Assembly (NCBI RefSeq): GCF_009834535.1
Contig: NC_045698.1
Location: 107,694,001 to 107,758,000, forward strand
Origin: Camelus ferus
Lineage: Eukaryota
Direction: 5' to 3'
DNA: 64,000 nt
Under the pieces are notes generated by a model. That model was not told the origin of the DNA and searched no databases. It was given only the letters and a program-made list of their open reading frames with translations. Of the stretch, positions 51,571 to 61,976 are shown piece by piece (positions within the stretch are counted from its first letter, which is position 1; each line of letters opens with the position of its first letter). Position numbers and translations under genes: made by a program.

Positions 51571-53117
51571 TTATTTCACTTTGTCTTCAAGATTTTCATA
51601 TATGGAATGACTTTATTTTTAATGCCTAATTGGTAGGGAGGTTTTTCAATCCATTACTTTCAGAAGTAAGCATCAATCCTTAATGGTTCAATTCAGGCAT
51701 TTTCTTCTGAGGATTATTACAGCAGAGGACAAGACCTCTGTAGTCTTAATTGGTACCTAACCAGCCCACTTCAGCTAAATTAGAGTGTTGCGTGGAAATC
51801 ACTGAAGGCTCTCAATACCATGCCTGACATTAAGAGCTGATGGGAAATGAACTGGAATTTCATGCCTTTGGGCATCTGTCTCCTCCTTACCAACTGAGTG
51901 CTTAATGTTTCCTTGCTTATTGCAGAGTGAATCACAAGCTGACTCAGTTTGATCCTTCATTTGAATTCCAAGGAATAGTCAGTCAATATTTGTTGAACCA
52001 GGAAGCCAACTACCCATTCTTGGGATCCTGAGCCTGAATGGGGTCCTCTCTTTCAGGTTGTGTTTCATCATTGTGGACGTCCTCAAGACTTGCCACTGTG
52101 AAAATCCTCAGGCCTATCTGCTTGAAGAAATGTTTTTTAAAATTTTTATCTCAGGAACCAGAGATACCTGACTGGATTAGCTTTAGGGTTAACACCTAGA
52201 CTGGAAAAGAAAACAGCTTCTGTACTCCAGGGGTCACTTTGGTAGCAGCTCTATTTAGCAGAGGAGTTGATGGGTATTTGTTCACCAAGGAATATCGCAG
52301 GCATCCAGTCACTCATACATCCTACCCAAGACTAATGCTTTCCTTCACGCCATTTGTGCTCCAGCTCAAAATATACCCTGACTCCTGCTGCTTCTCTCCG
52401 TCTTCATAGGCACCTCATCCAGGCAACTGTTTTCTCTAGTACAAATATACCACAGCTGTCTTTTACCCAGTTGCCCCCAAACAACCCATTCTTCACAAAG
52501 TAGCCAGAATGATTAAAAACAGAAATAATGAAAATAATTAAAAATAGTGATAGTGATGGCTATCCCTGATGTAGCATTTGTCATGCACTGGATCCTGTTT
52601 TTGTTTTTAAACAACTTTATTGATACATAATTCATATATCATAGTAGTCACTCTTTTAAAGTGCACAAGTGATTGGATTTTAGTATAGCCACAGAATTGT
52701 ACAGCCATTACCATTATCTAACTTTATAATGTGTTCATCACCCCATAAAGAAAAGCTTATACTCATTAGCAGTTCCCTCCTCACCCCTCAGTCCCTGGAA
52801 ATCACTAATCTTCTTTTTGTCTTTGCAAATTTGCCTAGATTTTGCAGGATATAGAATTCTTGATTGGTATGTTTTTTGTTTCAGCGTTTTGAGTATGTAC
52901 TGCACTCTGGCCTCCATCTTTTCTGATATGAAGTATGCTCTTAATTTATTTGAGGACCATTTGTATGTGAAGAATACATTTTCTCTTGGCACTTTCAAGG
53001 TTTTCTCCTTGTCTTTGGCTTTCAATAGGATGAATATGATGTGTCTAGATGTAGAACTCTGAGGTACCTTACTTGGGTTCATTCATATTCTTGGATTTGT
53101 AGATTACTACTTTTCAT

Positions 53118-53627
53118 TATCAAGTGAAAGAAAAATGTACAATGTGAGATTTGTGAGTTAAGTTTTATTCAGGGTCTGACTGGAAACTATAGCCCGAAAG
53201 CCTCTCAGATAGCTCTCCTCCAAAGAGGTAGAGGGAGAGGCTAGTTTATACATTACTATTTTTTTTTTTTGTCCAGGGAATACATGAAGTCAAGCATCCA
53301 TCTTGGAAAAAAGATTACTGCTAGTCACAAAAAACAGATATCACAAGTTAATGATTACAGTGCTTTTCTATGTATGGGAAGATGCAAGAAGCTGGGTTCG
53401 TTAAAATTCTTTATGAGATATGCCTGACTATCTAAGGGGCCTGTTTGTTCAGAGGACAGAGCATTCTATTGGCTTTAATTTCCTGTGTCTGAAGCACAGA
53501 GTGCACTATTGCTCACTGATTGCAGTGGCTTAAACTTTATAGCTGTGGCGTAAACTTTGTAGACGTGGCTTAAACTTTGTAGACTTGGATGGTGAGTGAA
53601 ATGCTCTTTGCGCTTTTTTTGTTTGCA
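53118..53627 (-). mobile_element. ERV1-type solo LTR nested in L1 ORF1
   Basis: GTGAGTTAAGTTTTATTC...CCTCTCAGATAGCTCT...TCCAAAGAGG pattern of artiodactyl ERV1 LTRs; minus-strand AATAAA and TATAAA; candidate TSD TCAT/TCCT; the L1 sequence resumes in register on both sides. Confidence 0.75.
53525..53584 (+). repeat. 20-bp unit x3 inside the LTR
   Basis: GTGGCTTAAACTTTATAGCT / GTGGCGTAAACTTTGTAGAC / GTGGCTTAAACTTTGTAGAC. Confidence 0.9.
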
Positions 53628-55349
53628 TCCTCAAAGCTGCGGGGCTTTTGGCGATAATTTCATAAAATATTTTTTCTTTCCCTTTCTTCCTAGGTGTATA
53701 CCAAAGGGAAATAAAAATATTTGTCTACACAAAAACGTTTTACAAAAATGTTCACAGCAATATTATTCATAATAGGCAAAAAGTGAAGCAACGCAAGTGT
53801 CTGTCAACTAATGAATGGATAAATAGAATGTGGTATATCCATGCAGAGCAGTGTCAAATATTACTCTGCTCTAATAAGAAATGAAATATTGGTATATGCT
53901 ATAACATAGATGAACCTTGAAAACATACTAAGTGAAATAAGCCACACACAATGGCCACGTGTTATCAGATTCCTTTCATATGAAATGAATTCCAGAATAT
54001 TCTTTAGCATCCAACAGCAAGTATTCCTGTTCTAAAGTAGTTCATCACAGAAGAATTAAAAAAAAAAAAAAAAAGAACCTCTCATGTGCTGAGGTGTCAA
54101 TCACATGTGTTGGGAACATGAGAAATGAACAGCCAGCCAGCCCATCAGTGAAGCGTACAGTGAGGGACCTACCCATAGTAAGTGGCGTATGAAAAGATCC
54201 AGTGGTGTCAGGCCTTGGGAAATAGGTACAGTTCAAATCCTGACTCCTTCCCTTATAAAATTACGGATCTTGTATAGGAGATTTTTAACCAATCTGACGT
54301 GTTTGTTTTGTTTTGTTTTGTTTTGTTTTTTCATTTTTAAGATGGGTCTAATTACACAGTGCTGAAAAATGACAAGGACAGTTGAGCGAGATAAGTCATG
54401 TACTGTTCCTAACACCTAGCACGTTCTCATTGCAAGTTCGTGGAGGAATGTCAGTCTAGGGGAGACACCTTCAGAGTAGGTACTCTCACAAGCGGCTTAC
54501 TGAAGGAGCCTGAAGTCCAGCTAATTATTATTGCTGTAAAAGGCAGTGCATAGTAAATGTCAAATGAATGGCACAGGTGATAGTGTATTACTGTAAAGGC
54601 AGTGTAGCGAACATAGTTTAGTATGAGACCAGCGTGTGAATGCTTCAGGTCTACCACCAAATAACTAGATTAGATTTCAACTAATTTGTCTTTTTTTTTT
54701 TCTTCCTAGTCTGGGTAAAAGAGAATTAAGCGTCTTCTCTCTCAGAGTTGTTGGACTTTATATAAATAGATGAAAAGCATCTAGCAAAATGCCTGGTCCC
54801 TCACAAATGCATCATAGAGATTTGTTGAAGGGAAGGGATATTTCAGTTCCAAATCACCAGAAAAGGGTTACAGAGGTGGTAGAACCTGTGTTACCCTCTA
54901 ACAGCAGCTGAACAGTTGGGTTTTCGTAAGCTCAGGGCACTCAAGGTCTGACAGCTTGTTCTAGCTCTGATGCTGGCTGCGCCTCACCTGAGCACGACAC
55001 TCGCTCTATCTGTGGTCATTGTCTGGTTCCAGGTTGACTGCAGGTGGAGAAAGAGACGAAGTGTGCAGGCAGGGGTCACTCAGTGATGCTTCAGGTCAGA
55101 ATTTTTCAAAGTGGAATGCCTGCATGCCAAGAGGCAACAGAGTGGTATGTGGGGGAAATAGAATTTAAATTTATATGTACTTTAATATATCAATTTGAAT
55201 TTTTAAAGCATTTTGTGTATATTTAAAGTATTCACAAAATGTCTGTGTGAATTCATAAATATACTTTATGGTGCACAGTCAAAAGTATCTTATTAAAGAG
55301 TGTGCACAATCAAAGCTTGGGACCAGTAGTCTAGCCTAGAAACTCTCCT

Positions 55350-55885
55350 GGTAGTTTATATTTCTTCTCCCAGCCCAGTGATGGGCTTGTGTTCTTGAGA
55401 CTGGACTCATAATAAAATTGACACAAGACAGATTAACAGGAGAAAATAAAACATTCAGATTCATGTGCACAGAGATCTCATAGAAATAGGGCCTAAGAAG
55501 TAGCTAAAGCAGGCAGCTTTTATACATATTAGACAAAGAAACAATAAATTGGTCAATTCCTTAATTGACAGGACAAAGTTACTTAGGTTTTGGGAGCTCG
55601 AAAATGTAGAATCTAAACAGATTTGGGGCTTGGGGGTAGTACATTAGAGAAGTAACAGGGTTGATTGATTCAGGCTTCTTGGCCTGAAGTCCCTGTCTCT
55701 GGAAATGAGTGTCCTTCTACCTCCAGATGCAGGCAGGGCACCCGTTCACATGGGAGGGTTATTTCCTGCTTTCAGGGAGGCAGAGAGGAGGGTCAGAGTG
55801 TCCCTCTTGCATCAGCCATTTCTTGAGTAAGTTTAATTCAAAATAATCAATATGCCATTTAAGCATATGTTTTGGGGGCAGCCAA
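55350..55885 (-). mobile_element. ERV1-type solo LTR (MER34/MER39-like)
   Basis: GACAGATTAACAGGAGAAAA, GGCAGCTTTTATAC (minus-strand TATAAAA), TCAAAATAATCAATATGCCA...TTTTGGGG terminus; boundaries approximate. Confidence 0.6.
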
Positions 55886-57353
55886 CAAAACCAAGATTCT
55901 GAAAAGCAGGGTCACCTGCTCAAGTAAAGAAAAGAGTGTAGCTAGGATCCAGAGCCTCCCATGAAAGAACTGTTTATCTTGGGGTGATGGGGGTAAATGT
56001 GTGTGCCTTGGTGTGGTTTCGGGAGTTGGAGGGGTCGTAATCAGTTTTTGTTTTTGTCTTTTTCTACTAAATAGCCCTGGCAAACCTTAGCTACACCAAG
56101 GCCCTCTAAACACCTATTAGAGAAGCTAGTGCTGAGAAAAGTCATCACCTCTGCGCCTTCCAGAGTTCTATCCCATGACTCTTGGTGTCCTCAGTTGATT
56201 CTGTTTCAAAACTGTAATTTCACTGAATGACAAACACTCTTTGTGGTGGAACACACTCAGTTCCTGTGACCCTGGATGCCTGAGAGGAAGGGATTTTTCT
56301 CTGTGGAATTAGCTTGGGAATCACTGAAGCATCTGTGAAGCCATTGTTGCCAAGCAGTGTTTCTTTCTTTTTCTTCCCCTGCAAGGGAAGGGGAGGCTGG
56401 ATGTCTGGCTGGGGAATCTGTCCCCATTGAGAATTCTTTGCATTTTAACTAAAGAGAATCTCAGGAGTCGCTCAGTCTATGAACTCCTGTGAAAATGCTT
56501 CTGTGCATTCGAGTAGCCGTACACTGAAGGCACAGTCTTGATTTTATGCTTAAAGGATACGCAGATAGTAACAGCTTTGGGCAGCAGAAAAACATTTGTT
56601 TATTGACTGTAAAGAAAATGATTTTTTTCAGAGAAAAAAGAATGGTGTGTTGTACAGATTAGATTATTAGGAGGATGTGTCGCCCCCAGGCAAACGTTGT
56701 GTTCATTTAAAATGTAAATGAATCTCCACCATTCTTCACTCTGAGCCCTCTCAGCCTCCATTATGTGAAATCAAATGGGCTTTGTACTGAGGAGCTGTTC
56801 TGCTCACAGTGAGCTAGTCCCTCTCCATGCAGAGAGTTGTCCTGCTTCAGAAGTCTCCTGGGCTCCACGTCAGAGGCGGCCCATTCTGCGTGGTATAACC
56901 AGCTCAGTGGGATGGGCACGCTTGTACCTGCAAAGGAGTCAGATTAGCCTCCTGTCAGTTAATGAGAACCTTCCAGGGCCTCCCTCTGAGGGAACCAAGC
57001 ATGCAGAGGGTGGAGAGGTCAGCAAAGAGAGTGCTTCAATAAGGAACAGATGGTTAAGAAGCAATGGATTCTGGGTCGTCTTCAGAGAAACTGGCAAGTG
57101 ATTGGAATGAGCAGCCGTGGGTTAGACCTAGCAGTGACGGACATAGGAAGGAGAGGACAGCAGAGCAGAGGAGACAGAGCAGCAAAGTGCGAGTCTAGAA
57201 ACTGAGTGCTGGCCTAGGCTGAGCATGAGCCATCTGTGGAACCTTGTGCGCATCATTTTACACTTCGCCCTTCAGGTTCCCTGTCTGTGACATGGGGGGT
57301 TTGGATGAGCTGCCTTCCAAGGCTTCTTCCAGCTTTAATAGTTTGCTGAGCAG

Positions 57354-57757
57354 TGTGAATGAAAAATATTACCTGCCATATCAGTGAACAAAGGATGCTG
57401 CAGCCATCAAGTCATCAGTCACTCCCGCCGCCCCTGACAGTGAGCAGAGGGAGCTCAGGGTGTGAAAGAGCAGGACCCTGGCCCTAGGCGGCCAGGCGCC
57501 CGTGGGAGGAATGATTGCAGTGAGCCCAGGCGCTCGCAGCTTCCCATACGTAGAAAAGTGCTCAATTCCTTAGCTTGAGATACCTGACCACCTGGCCTTT
57601 GTGGCAAAACTCCTATATATCCTGGCTCCTCCCCCGCCTCTTTGGAGCGATCTCTTAGAGCAGTCTTACAGGCTGCCTCCCGGGCTCAATTCCTCAGAAA
57701 TGTCTGCTGAATAAAACATAACTCTCAACTCTTAGGTTATGTATTTTTTAGTCAACA
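57354..57757 (+). mobile_element. ERV1-type solo LTR, structurally intact
   Basis: TG...CA termini, exact 4-bp TSD GCAG (57350-57353 / 57758-57761), TATATAT at 57614-57620, AATAAA at 57710-57715. Confidence 0.85.
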
Positions 57758-58269
57758 GCAGGAAAGCCTTTGCCTTTCAGTGTCCCTTTTATATGTCTGT
57801 GATACTGTCCAAGGCCTCTTATTCTAGGTTTCCACGTCTCTTGTGTTTACATAAAGTTTTCTGTCTGTGGAAGAACTTTAATACATCTCAGCACCATTAT
57901 TTGTAATCTGTGGTCTCTATAAAAGCAATATCTATATAAGATAGAGCAGTTATTACCTGAAAACTGATGTCCATGAATTTAAACAGTGCTTCAAGGCAGA
58001 GGATTAAGGAAGAGGCAGTGCTGTGGGAGGAGGTGATTACCTGGATGTCTGACCTTGGGAGTATCCTTCGACTCCTGAAAGGCACAGTGGTGGTGGTGGC
58101 TGCCTTGCCTGAAAGCACAGGGCATAACCAAGTTAATCATTTTAGGGTGTGAAATACCAAATTCCATATCGAGGAATTCATGGATTGCTAGTCGCTGGAG
58201 AGAATCTAATGGATGCCTCTAGCTTTCACTGAGGCCAGCCCCACAATTGTCTCTTCAGCCTACCCAGAG

Positions 58270-58490
58270 AGGCAGCATGATGTAGTGATTGAGACTGAAT
58301 CCCTAGTTCAAATCCCAACTATGTCACCAGTCAGCTCTGTAATCTTGCACCTCTCTGGGCCTCAGTTTCCACCCTTCTAGAACAGGAACCACAATAAAAG
58401 TAAATGATAGAGTTTCAGAAAGGTAGACTGAAATCATACGTCTAAATTACCTGTCTCGGTATCTGATGTGTAGTAAGATCATAGTAAAAA
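58270..58490 (+). mobile_element. MIR SINE
   Basis: GGCAGCATGATGTAGTGATTGAG...TAGTTCAAATCCCAACT...CTCTGGGCCTCAGTTTCC. Confidence 0.8.
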
Positions 58491-59257
58491 CCACAGTCGT
58501 TATTCTCAGATGTTTCAGAGCCAGCCTAAGGTGCCACCTTCTTAATTATTCACTTTTTATTACTTTGGCCTATAGAGATCTATTCGGTCTCAAGTGATAG
58601 CACTTCATATTTTTATAGCCTCATTTAGCTCTTGCCTACACACTGTCTTGAAATAGTCCCCAATGGCAAAGCTTCCCAATCACATAGTAAGCGCCCCAGT
58701 GAAAGAGGAGGAGCCAGAGGCAAGTTGAGTGTCTTGGTCAGAGTGAAGTAGCTAGTACTTGGCTCAGCTCTTATTTTCTGGCTCCAAGACCACTCCGTCG
58801 CTCACTGTTTCTCACAGTACTCCTTACTCCCTAAAATGAAGACTGGTTGAGTCTTCTCATAGGTGGTGCTGAGAGTGCTTTCCCCGGAGAAGGAAATCCA
58901 GGCTTCAGGAATGTCACAGTGAGACTGCTGGACTCACCTGATCTGGACATAGGGCCTGGAGCTTGCCCTGTCTGAACCTCAGGTTCCCCAACTTCAAAGT
59001 AAGACAGCAGTGGTCAGAACTGCCTGGAGCGTGGGCGCTAGGGCTAGACAAAAGGGGCTTCATCCTGGTGCTGTCACCGGTCCTGTAGCCCTGAACCCCT
59101 CTAAATTAGCTAGGTTTCTTCAGGTAAGGTGAAGGCATTGGTACCACGTTCCAGGAAGAATTGTGGCCATTGAGTGAAACAGTGAGCGTAAAGCACTTGG
59201 CACAATGTGGGGCCCACGGCTGTGCTTTGTTGTTGCTGATGTTGTCATCCTTAGCAG

Positions 59258-59308
59258 CATCGTCATCGTCATCGTCATCATCGTCATCATCATCATCGTC
59301 GTCGTCGT
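59258..59308 (+). repeat. (CAT/CGT)17 trinucleotide microsatellite
   Basis: 17 triplets counted, 8 of them CGT. Confidence 0.95.
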
Positions 59309-59344
59309 CTCTATTAGCTTTTCTAGCACAGCAGGAGAGAACAT

Positions 59345-59545
59345 AGACTATGAAGTCAGACTCGGCTTTAAAAATCCCATTTCTTAATAGCTGTATGATC
59401 TTGGGCAAGTGACCTCGCTCTTCTAATCCTTCGCTTACTCATTGGTATACTGGGGGTAGTGATAACGGCTACTTTACAGCGTTGATAGGAGGATTAGATG
59501 AGGTATTAAGTGTTTTGTAAATTGCCAAGCATGTAAGTATTCAAA
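59345..59545 (+). mobile_element. MIR SINE
   Basis: TAATAGCTGTATGATCTTGGGCAAGTGACC...GAGGATTAGATGAG...AAGTATTCAAATGTCAGC. Confidence 0.8.
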
Positions 59546-60139
59546 TGTCAGCTGATACAAGTCATGATAATATCTACTCATCTATCACTTCCGTGATCCC
59601 CTAGTTGCAAGTTGAGGCTTTGGAAAGAAATCGAACTTATGCTGTGGAACGTGGTAAAGCCATCTGTGAGTAGGTGTGGAATTAATGTCTTCAGATGCAG
59701 GCTGCCAGACATGTGTCTACAGCCAGTGCAGTGGCCTTTGAAAGAAAACAAATGGGCTGTGGCAGGCTTTTGGCCTCCTTCCCTAGGACCTGCCTCTTGG
59801 CACTGATGTGCCACTTCCGCAGACCGGCTGGTCAAGTGGAGACCAGCTGACTTTCTCTCCACCCCACTCCTCACATTGCGAATGGAGGAGAACACTCAGG
59901 AGGGTGTTCTGGACGAGGTGTGATGAAACCTGAGACCCTGTAGACAATAAAGAAATACAGTAATGAAATGAAGACGTCCTGGAGGGAGTAAGGGATGCAG
60001 GAAAGTAACGACCTGTAGGAATGAGTGTTCTTTGTAAAAGTACTTCCTTGTCATTAAAAGGGACCTCTGATTAGAGCAACCCCATTTTGTTAAAGGACTT
60101 TCACTGTAGTGCTGAACCAGAAGCCACTCTTTTAATAAG

Positions 60140-60365
60140 CTATGTTGTGGTCGTTAGAGTCAGGCGTACCAGGGTTCAAATCCCAGCCCTCCAACTAATG
60201 AGCTGTCTGATGTGGGGCAAATGATTCACACTCTCTATTTTTCTCATCTGTAGATGATTTTTGATGTTTTTGATAGTTTCTGCCTTATCCTTGGTGAGTG
60301 ATGTAAAAAAAGATGATATAAACACTTAGCCCAGTGTATGGCATTTGGTAATAGCTCAATAAATT
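60140..60365 (+). mobile_element. MIR SINE
   Basis: GGTCGTTAGAGTCAGGCGTACCAGGGTTCAAATCCCAGC...AACACTTAGCCCAGTGTATGGCA...GCTCAATAAAT. Confidence 0.8.
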
Positions 60366-60912
60366 TTAACTAAGTGAAGGTAAAATTATCAGATAATCCT
60401 GTCTGTGTAACTGCAAACTAAGAAAGTCCCTGTATCTTTTCTGAATCTGTTTCCACTTCTATACAATAAGAAATCCAGACACAAATCAGCAGTATCCCCC
60501 AAAGACTCCCACATAAGGAGTCTGTTTCAAGCAATAACCCAGGAGACAGAGATGATGGAACCTGACTGTTCTCAGAGCTCATAGTTTCAAAAGTTTGGGA
60601 GACTATGAAAACATCCTATTCTCCTTTGATGATTTATTTTTCTAAGTCTGTCTTTTAGTTCTGCTTATCTCTTTGGGAGTAGGGAGTTTACCAGACTTAG
60701 AAAAAGAACACTGAAATAGGAGGTGCCTCTGTGGTCCTGCGATACCAGACAGCTACGTGACCTGAGGCAGAGGTTCATTTTCCACACTGGTCAAGCAGGG
60801 GACCTTGACTAGATGAATTGTAAGGTCCCTGTGAGGTTTGAAGCTTTGTGTGTATGAGTCTAAACTATTTCCTGCCATTTATTCTGAATTTTCCTGACCA
60901 CAGCCTTTGAGT

Positions 60913-61275
60913 TGCATTAGTCAGTTCAGGCTGCCATAATAAAGTAGACAGTGCGGCTTAAACAGTACACATTTATGTCTTGCCGTTCTTGAGGCTAGGG
61001 AGTCCAAGATCAAGGTGCTTACTGATTCAGTTCCTGGTGAGAACCTTCTTCCTGGCTTGCAGGTGGCTGCCTTCTTGCTGTGTCTTCATGTGGTGAAGAT
61101 TAAGCTCTCTGGTGTCTCTTCTTATAAAAGCCACTAATTCCACCGTGAAGCCCCACCTTCGTGATTTCACCTAACCACCTCCCCAACCACCCCATCTCCA
61201 AATGACATCACACTGGGAATTAGGGTTTCAACACATGAATTTAGTGGTGGGGAGTGACTTAATTCAGTCCATACT
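60913..61275 (-). mobile_element. MLT1A-like solo LTR
   Basis: TGCATTAGTCAGTTCAGGCTGCCATAATAAA...GTCCAAGATCAAGGTGC...TCTCCAAATGACATCACACTGGGAATTAGGG...TTCAGTCCATA. Confidence 0.9.
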
Positions 61276-61976
61276 ATGGTGAATGTGGGAAAGATATCTT
61301 TGAAGTATTCTTGGGTTTATTCATGTAACCCAAAGCTACTGAGCACTTAAAAAATAAAAATAAGACAAGCAAAACTTCAAACCCTTGTGGAGCTGACATT
61401 CTAGTTTGTGTGACATATTAGCTATATGTTCATCTTTCATATAATACTTCTGATATCATTCATAGGGAGCTAAATGTTGATTTCCCAGGAAGCATGGTAG
61501 TAAACCAAGCATTTATTCCTACTTTATTAACTTAGAGAATCTTAATTCGTAGTCATGCTTGATGATTCTTCCTTTGAAGTGGCCAATCTCCCTAATTTAC
61601 ACCTGAGTTTCATGGACATTCATGAAGATGATATTAATAGTTAATGTAAGCATTAGATTTGTAGTCAGAAAATTTGAGTCTGAAAATATTTTTAGTCCAA
61701 AAACTTGGCTTTCTTGTTTATTTGTGTATGATCTTAGTCAAGTCACTTTAATTTCTGTGGTTTGCATTTTCCATGGTTCAATTTAAATTTAAAAGCTATG
61801 GGTTTAGATCACTAAAATTTACCGTAAGATTGTGCTACAGTAAATTGAGAAATGGAAATGTTAGCCATGACTTTTTGTAAAGATGAAATACATTAGTGGA
61901 CAGGAAAACATTTGTAAAATAATTTTGTCTGATTACTAAGCAAAGTGAAACTTTTGCATATGACCATACCCTTTCC

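Larger units (their letters stand above)
52605..53999 (-). mobile_element. rearranged old L1: 3'UTR (-), ORF1 segment (-), ORF2 end (+); interrupted by an LTR
   Basis: 3'UTR antisense at 52605-52836; ORF1p remnant RHIIFILLKAKDKEKTLK...QSRILYPAK in ORF 52738-53082; sense ORF2-end sequence at 53689-53999. Confidence 0.75.

Noticed and set aside
53525-53584. Short direct repeats as a CRISPR-like array
   Set aside because: The units are contiguous without spacers, lie inside an LTR and are in mammalian DNA.
54864-54897. Imperfect 14-bp hairpin (12/14 paired, 6-nt loop) as a pre-miRNA
   Set aside because: Too short for a pre-miRNA and it contains no mature miRNA sequence that I recognise.
59106-59408. 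ORFs with poly-Asp, poly-Ser or poly-Met/Thr tracts as proteins
   Set aside because: They are translations of a trinucleotide microsatellite flanked by MIR sequence, with no protein context.
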